Positions 27,521 to 42,916 of a DNA stretch of 64,000 nt are shown one piece after another. Within the stretch, counting starts at the first letter, position 1. The number at the start of each line of letters is the position of its first letter. The translations under genes were made by a program, and so were the position numbers. Source of the stretch: the human T2T-CHM13v2.0 reference genome, Homo sapiens. The DNA lies in NCBI RefSeq assembly GCF_009914755.1, contig NC_060927.1; one strand, written 5' to 3'. Under the pieces are notes generated by a model, which saw nothing but the letters and a program-made list of their open reading frames with translations, did not search any database and was not told where the DNA came from.

Positions 27521-27526
27521 TAGCTG

Positions 27527-28311
27527 TATGTCCCTACCCAGAGTTAGTCAAACTGCAGAGTTAAGGGTATAATCCTCCAGATTACCTAGTCTGCCCAAGA
27601 ATTCTGACTCCACCTGCAAGGAGTTAGGGTCCGACCACAAAGTAAGAGGGAAGAGTACACTCAAGATCACCCTTACTTCTGACACCAAATGCAAGTTTTG
27701 GTGTTTCCCAAAAGAATCCTCAGGTTTGATAATTCACTGGAAAGATTCACAGAACTTACTAAAATTTTTATATTCCTGATTATATTTATTACAAGAAAAT
27801 GTTACATTAAAAATCAGCCAAGGGAAAAACAAATAGGGCAGAGTCTAAGAGGATTCCAAATGCGAAGTTTCCATTGTCCTCAGGAATACATTATTCTACC
27901 AGCATCGATGTGTAACAAAAGCATGGAGTATGGCCAACCTGAAAGGCTCACCCAAACTTTAGTGTCTACAGTTTTCACTAGGCATTATGACATAGGCATG
28001 ATTAATTGGTTGAACTTAACCTCCAGCCTGTCTCCTCCTCAGGTCAGGCTGATATCACATAGCTCAAAGTTCCCTCCCTAAACTATGATTGGTCTTTCTA
28101 GTGTCATTATACCCCACCCTAAGACTGACTAGTGTAGAAGGCCCTGCCCTGAGACATCTCATTAGCATAAGCTATCAGGTGTAATTTAAGGGAGCAGCAT
28201 AGATAAGAAAACCTGTGTAACTCATAAAATTCCAACTGTTTAGATGTTGCCTCCCAGAAACTGAAAACAAAGGTCAGATATCTCTTTGGATGAAGCAAAT
28301 TCTTTACTACA
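27527..28311. mobile_element. MER21-type LTR inserted into the old L1
   Basis: cttctgacaccaaatgcaag..., ctcaggtttgataattcactggaaagattcacagaact, attagcataagctatcagg resemble MER21; L1 sequence resumes on both sides. Confidence 0.65.
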
Positions 28312-28825
28312 AAGTATCCTTTATCAGGTTGAATAACTTTTTTACTATTCCTAGATTACCAGTAGTTTTTATCACAAATTGTTGGATTTTCTCAAATGTT
28401 CTTCTATATCTATTAAAATAATCATATTGTTTACTCTGTTAATATAGTAAATTACATTCATTGATTGTTGAATGGTAAGCCAGTCTTGCATTCTTGAAAT
28501 ACATCTTAGTCTATTATGATGTATCATAATTTTTATATATTGATGGATACTATTTACTGACATTTTATTAACAATTCTTTTGTCTATGTTCATGAGGAAT
28601 ATTGGTCTGTAATTTTGTTTTCTTATAACATTCCCATCAAGTTTTGGTACTAGAATAATGTGGATCTTATAAAATGGATCAATAAAAGGGCCCCATCCTC
28701 TTCTTTTTCCAAGTTTGTTAATTCGTTAAATATTTGATAGAATTCAATAATGAAACTAACTGGACCTTGAGTTTTCTTTATGAGAACTTGCTTCAAAACA
28801 AAATGTAAATTTTTAAATTAATTAA

Positions 28826-29126
<301 letters not shown>

Positions 29127-29691
29127 AAATTTCAATTTATAGATACAGGGTTGATTCTTTTTGAATAAATTTTGGCAGGTTGCTCAATAATTTATCCATT
29201 TCATTTAAATTATTGACATTTTTGCAAAAAAAAAAAAAAGCCGGTAGAATTTTTTATCCCTTTTATGCCTATGGGTTCTATAGTGATAACCCTTTTTTGT
29301 TATCTGATATTGCTAATTTATTTTTTCTTTTATCTTTCTTAGTCTTTATAGGGTGTTATCAATTTTCAAAATGACCTCAAATAACTTTTTGCTTTTTTTT
29401 ATCTCTATTGCTTATTTTTTATGATTTTGCTCTTATCATTACTACTTTTTTCTTTACATTTCCACTTTTTCTCCTTTCTCTGATTTCTTGAAATAAAAAT
29501 TTTGATTCTTAGTATTAGACTTTCTTCTTTTATAAGACAAGCATTGAAATTATAAATTCCTCTCAGCACTGTTACCTGTGTTCCACAAATATCGGTATGT
29601 TGTGTTTTCTTATTCATTCAGTGAATGTTTCCCTGTGGTTTCTTCCTTGAAGTCAAGTGACTAGACCTGTATGAAATTCCAAGCATTTCTT

Positions 29692-30005
<314 letters not shown>

Positions 30006-30733
30006 CATTTCTTATTTAATTCTTTTTTGTCAACACAACCTACTACATAATCTTTTAGTCTTTGAAGTACATTGAGATTTATTTTTTGGCCTAGCATGCA
30101 GTTTTTCCTTGTGAATACTCCACGGACATTTGAAAAAAAAAAACTTGTTGGGGGCTTATGGGTGTAGTGTTGTATAATTGTCATTTAGGATTAGGTTAAG
30201 GTGAATCATAGTTTGTTTAAATATTCTTACCCTTACTTACTTCTTTTAAATTATACAAAATCACTTCACATGTAATGTAAGAAGGTAACAAGCATACACT
30301 TCTATTTCCCTTTCAGGTATTTTGTGCCATTGTTGTTATTTATCTTCTAAGTACTAAGCCTCACAACACACTGTCATTATTTTATGCTCTGCAGTCTATT
30401 ATCTGTTTTAAAAATTAAAAATTATGAGAAAACTTTCTTTTGTATCTACTTATTTACTCCTTCCAGCACTCTTCTTATTTTTAGTGGATCTGAACCTTTG
30501 TCTATCACTTTCATTCTGAAAAACCTCCTTTGACATTACTGGGAGTGCATGTCTACCGCCAGTAAATTCTGAGTTTTCATTTTTATGATAATGTTCTTAT
30601 TTCATTTTTAATTTTGTTTGCTAATTTCATGGGTACAGATTTCTAGGTTGATACTTCTTAGAATATTGAGTACCTTAAAGATGTGCCATTGCTTTCTGGC
30701 TTGTATTGTTTTTAATGAGGAGTAGTTGGACTT

Positions 30734-31180
30734 TGGCCAGGTGTGGTAATGCAAACCTGTAGTCCTAGCTACACAAGGAGATCAGCCAGGTGGGTGGCTC
30801 ACACTTGTAATCCCACCACTTCGGGAGGCCGAGGCAGGCAGATTGCTTGATGCCAGGAGTTTGAAATCAGCCTGGCCAACGTGGCAAAACCCTGTCCCTA
30901 CTAAAAATACAAAAATTAGCCAGGCATAGTGCCACACGCTTGTGATCCCAGCTATGCAGGAGGCTGAGAACCTGGGAGACAGAGGTTGCAGTGAGCCAAG
31001 ATTACACCACTGCACTCCAGCCCGGGCAACAGAGCAAGACTCTGTCTGGAAAGAAAAAAAAACAGAGGCTAAGGTGGGATGATCGCTTGAGTCCAGGAGT
31101 CCAAGGCTGCAATGAGCTATAATTGTACCACTGAACTCCAGCCTGGGCAACAGAGCAAGACCCCATCTCTGGAGAAAAAA
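30734..31180 (+). mobile_element. Old Alu monomer (FLAM/FRAM/AluJ arm) split by a full-length Alu at ~30785-31062
   Basis: ggccaggtgtggt...gtagtcctagctac is interrupted by a complete Alu with A tail and resumes gaggctaaggtgggatgatcgcttgag. Confidence 0.8.
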
Positions 31181-32184
31181 GAAGTAATTGGATATTATTT
31201 TTCACTGCTTTTGAAAATTTGGAAAAAATTTCAGCAATTTTTTTACATATATGTTTACCCTCCTTTCTTCATAAGACTCCTGGTATACATATATTAGACT
31301 GCTTGAAATTGTCCCACAGATCCTGTCTCAATTTTTATTGCCTTTACTGTTTTGAAAAGATTCATGTTGCATAATTTCTATGTCTATAACTTAATTGTCA
31401 CTGATTTTATTTCAGTTGCAATATCTGATCTTCCAGTAACCCCATACATGAAATTATCATTTCTGATCTGTGTTTCTCAGTCCTAAATATTCAACTTTAT
31501 TTTCAGTCTTCTCTTTCTATTATTATTATACTAATGTTTTCCTCTAAATTCTTATAAACTTCTGTAATTCCTATTTTACAATCCTTGCCTACTAATTTAA
31601 TTATTTGTAGGGTTTTATTAATTCATTTTTTCTCCCAATTATAGGTCACATTGCTCTATTTCTTTGCATGTTTAGTAATTTTTGTTTGGATGTTGGAAAT
31701 TTGGATGTTATATTGTTTTGAATTTTGTTTGACAGGTAGCCAAGTTACTTATGGATCAGCTTAACTTTTTTTGGAGCTTGGTTTTAAACTAGATTATGAT
31801 GGATGTATCCAAATTAGTACTTGAAGAAGGAATCAAAGGAATGCTTATGTAAATTTCTCATGCGCTTTTCTTTGCATAACTCTACCTCTTTCCTGCAATT
31901 TTCATCATCTCCTTCCAGCCAAGTATGATTTCTGCCTTCTCAACTCAGTGAAAACTCTTTTCTGCTTGGGTCCTTATTTTTGGCACCACCAGAAAATACT
32001 TCCAGGCACAAAGCCTGGATTGTCATCAAGTGCAACTAGTGGCTTTTCCCTTAGAAATCACACAGATCAGAGTACTTTGCTACCTGTTGTCCAATGACAG
32101 AAAATACTTGTTCTTTTATTCTTTTTCTTAAAAATACATGTTTATGGCAAGAGAGCTAGCCCAGTGAAGCAACTGGAACATATG

Positions 32185-32248
32185 TGGATTTTGGTATTCA
32201 AGAGAGGTCCTGGAACCAGTCCACTGCTGATACCAAGGGACAACTGTA
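32185..32248. mobile_element. MER2/Tigger terminal fragment
   Basis: tggatttttggtattc...ggtcctggaacca...gataccaagggacaactgta end motif. Confidence 0.55.
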
Positions 32249-34046
32249 CTATTTACTTCATCAGGATCATACATATTAAATGTTGGTACAATTGTCTTAC
32301 CAATTATTGAGAAAGTGATATCGAATCATTCAATAAAGATTGTACATTTATTTATTTCTCCCTTCAGTTCTGTCAGTTTTTACTTTATACTTTTATTAGG
32401 TACATATACTTACAATTGTTATAACTTCCTTATATATGAAACCTTTGTAATTACAAAATATCTCTCATTATCTCTGATAATTATCAATTATATGTAAGAC
32501 CACCTCCCTATCTGTTTTCTAGGAATCTTCTGTCCTTCCATCCTGCCTTCTTTTGAATTACTTAATTAAGTTTTAGTATTACATTTTAATACCTCTACTG
32601 GCCTTTTAACTATACCTCTTTGTGTTCGTTTACTGTGGTTGCTATAAGGATTACAATAAGAACTCAAAACAGTCTACTCATGTTAAAAATCTAAGATTTT
32701 TGAAGCATAATCCCATTTAACTTCCTCTATCTTTGTTGCTATTATTGTCACATCTGTTTTATCTGCATATATTATAAAGATCAACTGTGTTTTACATATA
32801 TATGCATATAAAGCATATATATTAAACTGTTAGTTGTCTTTTAAAATATTTTACATATCTACAATCTGTATTTTTTTATTCTTTCTTACGTATCTGAATT
32901 CCCATCTGGTGTTACTTCCCTTCGAAGAACTTCCTTTAATGCTTCCTTTAGGAAAGGTCTGCTGGTGATACTTTTTTCTACTTTCTTTTCATTTAATTTA
33001 ATATGTCTTTCTTTTGCCTTTAAGTGAAGGATCTTTTCACTGATATAAAATTTTGGGTTTAAAACTTTTCCTTTCAGCATTTTAAAGATGTTTAATTATC
33101 TCTGGTGTGCACTTTTTTTCTGATGAGACATCACCTGTTATTTATGTTATTGTTCTCCTGAACAAATTTTCTGTGGCACTTTCAAACATTTCTTTTTATA
33201 TTTGCTTTTGGTTAGTATGTCTATGATTAACTTGAGTGTGTTTTTCCTTTTGCATTTCCTCCTTCCGGACTTCTGAGCATTTTGGATCTTCAAGTTAATG
33301 GGCTTCATCAAACCTGGGAAATTTTCTCATTGTTTCTTTAAATATAGTTTTGCCTCATTCTCTTTCTCTTCTGTTTGACTTCAAATATATGTATGTCAGC
33401 ATATGTTAGCCTGCTCACTATCATCTCACAGGCCACTGAAGATCTGCTCACTTTTTTTTTTTCCACTGCCCTGGACTCCACCATCTCCTCACTTTTTTAC
33501 TGTTTTCTTTCTCTCTGTTTTCCAGAATCTGTGACTTACAATTTTGTTCCTAGGTTCACTAATGCTTTCTTGTGCCACCTCTAATCTGATGTTAAGAGCA
33601 TTTAGTGAATTGTTCAATATCAATATTCTAGTTTTCAGTCATAGAATTATTTTTGTTCACATTTTTTGCTGCTGATATTTCCATCTGCTCTCTCATTGTT
33701 ACCAAATTTTCCTTTAAGCCATTAAGTGAGTATTATATAATTGACTTAAAATTCTTGCCTGCTGATTCCAAAATCTGTAAATCTGCATCACCTAAGGACA
33801 TTCCCTGGACTTTGTGTTACATTTTTCTATTCAGTGTATGTATTGTAACTTTTTTACTATATAATGGATTTTGTGGGTGATATGTTTTAGATTATAATTT
33901 CTGTTATATTTTTCTAAAGGATATGAGTTGCTTTTCCTAGCAGACAATTAGATTACTGGCTAATTACTCTACTGTCACCTTGCGCTTGTGATGGTTAATT
34001 TTACGGTTTGTATTCCATGTCTGTCTTAGGATGAATGTCTAGTTCT

Positions 34047-34409
<363 letters not shown>

Positions 34410-37128
34410 TGTCTAGTTCTGACACATAGTCTTTCTTGTTTTTTCTGGGGTTTCAGTACCAAGACTGATGTGTTTGCTAAGCACTTCTGGCTTGGTGAAG
34501 TTCAACTCCAAACTGTGTGGGTAGTACCTAAAAATCTATCAGGCTTCTAAGCCTTCTGGTATTGCTTTCCACTAAGCTCTTTGAAATTTCTCCCACATAT
34601 GCTATTCAGGGGGTCATCCAAGGAGCTTATCATAGTGTATACGCAAATTTGGAATTCTTGCCACCCTGTGGCTGTCTCCTTTCTAAGATTTTTCTTCCTT
34701 GATTTCCAGCTTTTGGTCTACTTAGACCATGCCTCCCAAGCTGAGAAGTGCCCTCAGAGGAAAAGCCATGTAAAATTTTCTTTCAATTTCTACTTTATTT
34801 TTGTCACTCTCAAATACATTCACATACTTCATTCTGTACTTTTCTGAGGGTTTATAATTGTTATAAATATAAGAGTTAACAAAGTACACTTGGTGTTTTG
34901 TTTTTTTTTCAGTGTTACTCAAAACAGAACTCCTTGTAGTCCATGCTTTATTTTAAGGTTGTGAAATCATTTGCACACTCAATGAGAATATGGCTTTATT
35001 CTTACCATACAGGTCAAGGCAGATTAAAAAACTTAAAATTGCAATTTATATTATAGTAGTCACTGTCCTGATGTATTACATTGTTGTTTTTTTTTTAATT
35101 TTATTTTTTAGGATTTACCAACTGAATGTTGACTTCTTTATGTATCACTCTCTAGTTGCTCCAAACAAGTTATGATTCTTACTTTAGATGAAAGGAGTGG
35201 CAGTTAATGAAGTGAGTTTAAAAGAAAACAGACAAAAAGAGAAAACAAAAGGAGAAGTAGAAAGAAAAAGAAAGGAGGAATGGAATGGAGAAAAAAATTA
35301 GAGGACTGAGAGAAGACAAGGGGAAGAAAAAAGAGAGGAGAGAAGAGATTTTGGGGATTATGTGGCTTTTTTAAATTGCCACAATATCTTACTGATTTAT
35401 AGAAATTATAGTTATTAGGATATATAGTTAGTAGCTATTAGAATAATCAAAGACCTGTTTATGAATATAATTTTGTGCAGAACTATCTGGAAAGGTTGGA
35501 TTAAGAATCACTCAAGTTCTGTCATTTCAATGTAGTATTTTGTCAACTTGCTTATAAAAAAAGCAGCTGGGTATGTATGGACTTCATATTGGTGAACACT
35601 AATATATTAAGGAACAGTGGAAGGAAATAGACATAAAGGATCATGTCAGTTCAACTTAGTAGAATAATGATCTTTTGGATGCCTACCATGTTCTAGTCAC
35701 TGTATTATGTGCTATGGATAAAATATAAATAAAACATGGCTATTATTCTCAAAGAGTTTGTGGTCAAGTCAAGGAAACTAAAGAGATGTCTCACATCTCA
35801 GTGTTTCCTTGGGGCAGATGGATGGAGAAATGAGCTAAGAGCTTGAAGGGAAAAGCTGGATTTCTTTGCATTTTTTGAGCTAAAGAAAGGGATACTTTCT
35901 AGGATGTCAATTAGAAGCCTGAAAGAACCATGCCTTAGGAATAGGAGCAAGCCAAAGGTAGACCAAATTTTACTAAAATTGCAGTGGGGCTCCAACAAAG
36001 GTCAATAACCTGATAGAATTGTGTAATCAGCCCCTTAGCCTAACAAAGGAAAGGGGGAGCCATAGCTGATAGAAAATAACATTCTGTAGGGTCTCTACAG
36101 TTCTTTTGTTCATAGGGTCAGCAAAATTTAAAAGGACAAGATATTCAAAGAGTCAAGAAAATACAATCAATAATCTAGAGAAAAAGTAGGTAAGATAAGC
36201 AAACAATAACTGAATTATTTGAATATTGTAGTTAATAGATAAGGCAATGAAAATAACTATAAATATATAAGAAAATGTGTAAGAAAAGATACTCAAAAGA
36301 GATAAAAGGAGTAGAGAATTCAAATGCAATAATTGAAAAGAGAAAAAGAATTATATCTTTCAGTTCCAAAATGTCAATTTGATTTTAAAGGATCAAATTG
36401 ACATTTGGGAACTGAAAGACATAATATTAAACACTGTGTTTTCAGTGGATGAATTTAACACAGATGGGCCACAGCAGAGCACAGGAAAAGGAAATTGGAA
36501 TACACATCGATAGAAGACACACAGACTGAAGCACAGAGAGGAAAAAGAACAGCCAAGACCAACAAGAGCATAAGAAACATGTGGACACACACATGTCTAA
36601 GCTATGTATAGAATTGAAATTCCAGAAGAATGAAAGAGCAAGAATAGCAATCACCGGTAAAATAAATAAATACATTGTGGTTTATTCACCCTATGACATC
36701 CTATAGACCAATGAGAATGAACAATCTATAATCATATGCACCATTATACATGAATGTCACAAACTTAAGGTTGAGTTTAAATAAAAGGCAAACACAAATG
36801 AATAAATCTGAGATGATTCCATTTATATACAAATTACAATAGCAGGTAAAACTATTATGTGAGAATTCAGGTTGTAGTAGCCTTTGGGCAGGAAGTAGAC
36901 TGCAAGGTCATATAATGGTCTGCAATTGTCTCTTATTCTGGATGCTGGGAGGAAAGGAAGGAAGGGAGGGAGGGAAGGTGGAAGGGGTGCACTCTTGGAC
37001 ATACAGCTACCATTTGTTCTGCTTTCTCCTAGTTAGCCACAAACCCTTAATTGTGTAATTAAGAAAATCTGATTTAATGTCTTAAAGAATAAGAGCCTAG
37101 GCATGGGTAATCAAAGTAGCCGCTAAGG

Positions 37129-37320
37129 CATTGGTTTTCAAACTGTGGCAGGCAGTGGAATCACCTGAGGAGTTGTTTAGCAGAGATCGCAGGTCCCATC
37201 CCCACAGTTTCTGTTTCTGTTTCTGTAGTTCTGGTATAGGGCCCGAGAATTTGCATTTCTTGCAAGTTCACAGGGGATGCTGATACTGCTGGTCTGGGGA
37301 CCATAATTTGAGAACCAGCC
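37129..37320. mobile_element. MER5A-type MITE
   Basis: cattggttttcaaact...gaatcacctgaggag...gaatttgcatttct...ttgagaacca. Confidence 0.75.
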
Positions 37321-37867
37321 ACGTTAAAGTTGCTATAGCTTCTGTTGTCGATGTTCTATCATAAACTTGGTCTCAATAATCTGGTTGTTGTTGTATTCAG
37401 TAAAACAGAATATTCATAAAGATAGACATAGGGTGTTAGCTCAACTGGGATACATGATAGGGAACACCAGAAGGGAACGCGCCTTCATGAAATGTCCTTA
37501 AGAAAATTTTTTTGGAGAAAATTCGCTTAGAACAAAAATTTACACTATCAAATGAGTTACTTCCCAGAAAGTGGAGAGAAAAATAACCTAGCTAAAAACA
37601 TGATGCACAAAGTGTTGTATAGTCTGTTTTCAAAATAATTGATTTTTTTTTCTCTTAGCATACATTTACTGGAACCCCATCACCAAGCTAATTTCAGTAG
37701 AATGTGCTCCATTATCAGTCAAGGCTCACAGATATGGAAATTTTTGCCTAGCGGTTTGCTGTAAAACATTTGCTTTTCAAAGACACATTAATTCAAATCT
37801 TAAAATTAAATATAAAAGTTGAACATGTATGTGTCAATATGATGAAGTTTATTTAATTCTCTTACAG

Positions 37868-37955
37868 GACTGCATCAAAACATGTAAACAAGGACCTCGG
37901 TAATATGGAAGAAAACAAAAAGTTAGAAGAAAACAATCACAAAACTGAAGCCTAA
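37868..37955 (+). CDS. ALCAM: ALCAM exon 15 coding part (cytoplasmic tail and stop); the exon continues to 37980
   Basis: ttacag|; (K)TASKHVNKDLGNMEENKKLEENNHKTEA*; TAA at 37953-37955; donor ccag|gtgagt at 37980/37981. Confidence 0.97.
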
Positions 37956-38099
37956 GAGAGAAACTGTCCTAGTTGTCCAGGTGAGTAGTCTGTACGAGGT
38001 TCATAGAAATAATTCCCTAGCAAGTAGGAAACATCCTTAAAGATGAAGTCCTTTATGTTAAGATGCTCCATAATTACAGCTTTCAAAACAGGAAGAGAG

Positions 38100-38750
38100 G
38101 GGTTTTTTTTCTTTTTATTATGCTTTAAGTTCTCAGATACATGTGCAGAACGTGAAGGTATGTTACGCTGGTATAAACGTGCCATGGTAGTTTGCACGCA
38201 TCAACCCATCATCTACATTAGGTATTTCTCCTAATGCGTCCCTCCCCTAGCCCCCCACCCCCTGACAGGCCCCATTGTGTGGTGGTCCCTTCCCTATGTC
38301 CATGTGTTCTCACTGCTCAACTCCCACTTATGAGTGAAAACATGCAATGTTGAGTTTTCTGTTCTTGCGTTAGTTTGCTGAGAATGATGGTTTCCAGCTT
38401 CATCCATGTCCTTACAAAGGACATGAACTCGTCCTTTTTTATGGCTGAATAGTATTCCATGGTGTATGTGTGCCACATTTTCTTAATCCAGTCGATCACT
38501 GATGGGCCTTTGGGTTGGTTCCAAGTCTTTGCTATTGTGAACAGTGCTGCAATAAACATACATGTGGATGTGTGTTTATAGTAGAATGATTTATAATTCT
38601 TTGGCTATATACGCAGTAATGGGATTGCTGGGTCAAATGGTATTTCCGGTTCTATATCCTTCAGGAATCACCACACTGCCTTCCACAATGGTTGAACTAA
38701 TTTACACTCCCACCAACAGTGTAAAAGCGTTCCTATTTTTCCACATTCTC
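38100..38750 (-). mobile_element. 5'-truncated primate L1 (L1PA7/8-like) 3' end, in intron 15
   Basis: Antisense L1 3'UTR plus ORF2 C-terminus ([17 protein letters not shown]...); TSD TCAAAACAGGAAGAGAG at 38083-38099 and 38751-38767. Confidence 0.92.
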
Positions 38751-39054
38751 TCAAAACAGGAAGAGAGTTTTTCGAAAGGAAACTTTCGTGACTCAGAAAG
38801 TGTTTTCGGAAGAATGGAAACTTACCAGTTTCCCCCACTCCCTCCTCAAAATAATCATTATCTTCTGAATAATAAAAACCAACTATGAGATGTTAACATT
38901 CAATTATCATTTTATATTTTAATGCAAAAACTTTAAGTGCAAAGAAGCTTTATTTTTTGAATTGGTGTTTGGGTTCAGTAAGAACAGATGCTAATACCTT
39001 AGATTTGTTTTAAATAAATGATTATGAAAATAATTTTAAAATATGAAAATTTTA

Positions 39055-39371
<317 letters not shown>

Positions 39372-40492
39372 TTAATCTAGATATTTAATAAAAGCGTGAG
39401 TGTATTTATACAGCCAATATCCCAAATCATTTTAATGAAAAGCATAACAAACTTGTGCACGTGTGTATACATATACGCATATGCTTTTATAGGTAGTATA
39501 TGTATGTGTATGTGTATATATGTATCCATGTATCTATATGCACATATGTAGAGGCATATGACTGTTATATTTAACATATAAAATAGCTGTGTGTGATTTT
39601 TAAGACAATCTCAAAAGAGGTATGTTTCCATGGCATTGCCACCTGCAATTTGAGGTTTTTCTTTTTATTTGTGTTCCCTTAAACCAAGCAAATAGAAGAG
39701 CCATTTGGACTATTAATGTGTCCTTTAGAATAACTGTTACTATAGCTTACCGATATGATATGACAAGCCCCAACCGCCACAGTAAACCTCGGGTTCATTA
39801 TAAATAAACCACAAGTCACAATTTGAGTGGGTCATCCAAGTTAATCCCATAGTAAGGATGGAGCGTGAGAAAATACTGAATTTAAAAGGATGCACACAGG
39901 GGAGAACAATAGAATAATTGAAACAAGACTTGGTTTTTAAAATCTGAAAGCCAGGATTTTAAACTGATGGGGTGAAAGGAATCAGAACTGGATTGCTTCT
40001 CTATCTCACCTTTCATTGGAGGTCAAGTATGCAGCATTCCCACATGACTTTTTTTGTTTGTTTTTTCCACTTCTCTAGGGTTCTTTTCCCCAGTCCTTTG
40101 TAAACATAGATTTTAACTACTGTTTTCTTCAAAATCGTATAACTTCTCAATGAAAAACTGTACTTGAAGACAAATCCCACGAAATAGTGTGATTTGAAGA
40201 AATGAGTGTACTTTTAACCTAAAGAGAAATGCAATGAAATATTTTCTTGAAAAAAAACTTGTAATATTAGTATTAATTTTACAAAAAAAGAAAACTCTGA
40301 ATAATTCCAAAAACTATTTGTAGAATGGATGAAGCAATGCCTGAGATTATAGATGGGCTTGGGGACAATGGAGTTTTATAAAAGGCCCTCCTGTAAAGTA
40401 ATTTACTAAATTACTTTTAGTACAAAGTATCTGTTGATGTTAAAAAATTATTGCTTTGGAAGCTTATCTAAATTATTTTTTTTTCATTTCAG

Positions 40493-42916
40493 AGATAAAA
40501 ATCATATAGACCAATTGAAGCATGAACGTGGATTGTATTTAAGACATAAACAAAGACATTGACAGCAATTCATGGTTCAAGTATTAAGCAGTTCATTCTA
40601 CCAAGCTGTCACAGGTTTTCAGAGAATTATCTCAAGTAAAACAAATGAAATTTAATTACAAACAATAAGAACAAGTTTTGGCAGCCATGATAATAGGTCA
40701 TATGTTGTGTTTGGTTCAATTTTTTTTCCGTAAATGTCTGCACTGAGGATTTCTTTTTGGTTTGCCTTTTATGTAAATTTTTTACGTAGCTATTTTTATA
40801 CACTGTAAGCTTTGTTCTGGGAGTTGCTGTTAATCTGATGTATAATGTAATGTTTTTATTTCAATTGTTTATATGGATAATCTGAGCAGGTACATTTCTG
40901 ATTCTGATTGCTATCAGCAATGCCCCAAACTTTCTCATAAGCACCTAAAACCCAAAGGTGGCAGCTTGTGAAGATTGGGGACACTCATATTGCCCTAATT
41001 AAAAACTGTGATTTTTATCACAAGGGAGGGGAGGCCGAGAGTCAGACTGATAGACACCATAGGAGCCGACTCTTTGATATGCCACCAGCGAACTCTCAGA
41101 AATAAATCACAGATGCATATAGACACACATACATAATGGTACTCCCAAACTGACAATTTTACCTATTCTGAAAAAGACATAAAACAGAATTTGGTAGCAC
41201 TTACCTCTACAGACACCTGCTAATAAATTATTTTCTGTCAAAAGAAAAAACACAAGCATGTGTGAGAGACAGTTTGGAAAAATCATGGTCAACATTCCCA
41301 TTTTCATAGATCACAATGTAAATCACTATAATTACAAATTGGTGTTAAATCCTTTGGGTTATCCACTGCCTTAAAATTATACCTATTTCATGTTTAAAAA
41401 GATATCAATCAGAATTGGAGTTTTTAACAGTGGTCATTATCAAAGCTGTGTTATTTTCCACAGAATATAGAATATATATTTTTTTCGTGTGTGTTTTTGT
41501 TAACTACCCTACAGATATTGAATGCACCTTGAGATAATTTAGTGTTTTTAACTGATACATAATTTATCAAGCAGTACATGAAAGTGTAATAATAAAATGT
41601 CTATGTATCTTTAGTTACATTCAAATTTGTAACTTTATAAACATGTTTTATGCTTGAGGAAATTTTTAAGGTGGTAGTATAAATGGAAACTTTTTGAAGT
41701 AGACCAGATATGGGCTACTTGTGACTAGACTTTTAAACTTTGCTCTTTCAAGCAGAAGCCTGGTTTCTGGGAGAACACTGCACAGCGATTTCTTTCCCAG
41801 GATTTACACAACTTTAAAGGGAAGATAAATGAACATCAGATTTCTAGGTATAGAACTATGTTATTGAAAGGAAAAGGAAAACTGGTGTTTGTTTCTTAGA
41901 CTCATGAAATAAAAAATTATGAAGGCAATGAAAAATAAATTGAAAATTAAAGTCAGATGAGAATAGGAATAATACTTTGCCACTTCTGCATTATTTAGAA
42001 ACATACGTTATTGTACATTTGTAAACCATTTACTGTCTGGGCAATAGTGACTCCGTTTAATAAAAGCTTCCGTAGTGCATTGGTATGGATTAAATGCATA
42101 AAATATTCTTAGACTCGATGCTGTATAAAATATTATGGGAAAAAAAGAAAATACGTTATTTTGCCTCTAAACTTTTATTGAAGTTTTATTTGGCAGGAAA
42201 AAAAATTGAATCTTGGTCAACATTTAAACCAAAGTAAAAGGGGAAAAACCAAAGTTATTTGTTTTGCATGGCTAAGCCATTCTGTTATCTCTGTAAATAC
42301 TGTGATTTCTTTTTTATTTTCTCTTTAGAATTTTGTTAAAGAAATTCTAAAATTTTTAAACACCTGCTCTCCACAATAAATCACAAACACTAAAATAAAA
42401 TTACTTCCATATAAATATTATTTTCTCTTTTGGTGTGGGAGATCAAAGGTTTAAAGTCTAACTTCTAAGATATATTTGCAGAAAGAAGCAACATGACAAT
42501 AGAGAGAGTTATGCTACAATTATTTCTTGGTTTCCACTTGCAATGGTTAATTAAGTCCAAAAACAGCTGTCAGAACCTCGAGAGCAGAACATGAGAAACT
42601 CAGAGCTCTGGACCGAAAGCAGAAAGTTTGCCGGGAAAAAAAAAGACAACATTATTACCATCGATTCAGTGCCTGGATAAAGAGGAAAGCTTACTTGTTT
42701 AATGGCAGCCACATGCACGAAGATGCTAAGAAGAAAAAGAATTCCAAATCCTCAACTTTTGAGGTTTCGGCTCTCCAATTTAACTCTTTGGCAACAGGAA
42801 ACAGGTTTTGCAAGTTCAAGGTTCACTCCCTATATGTGATTATAGGAATTGTTTGTGGAAATGGATTAACATACCCGTCTATGCCTAAAAGATAATAAAA
42901 CTGAAATATGTCTTCA
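40493..42916 (+). other. ALCAM: ALCAM exon 16 (terminal, 3'UTR only)
   Basis: Acceptor ttttcatttcag|agataaaaatc; no recognisable interspersed repeats over ~2.4 kb of AU-rich sequence; ends shortly after AATAAA 42894-42899. The 3' end is approximate. Confidence 0.85.
42894..42899 (+). terminator. Distal polyadenylation signal AATAAA of ALCAM
   Basis: gatAATAAAactgaaatatgtcttca followed by GT/T-containing sequence (tgtctgactcttgtct). Confidence 0.75.
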
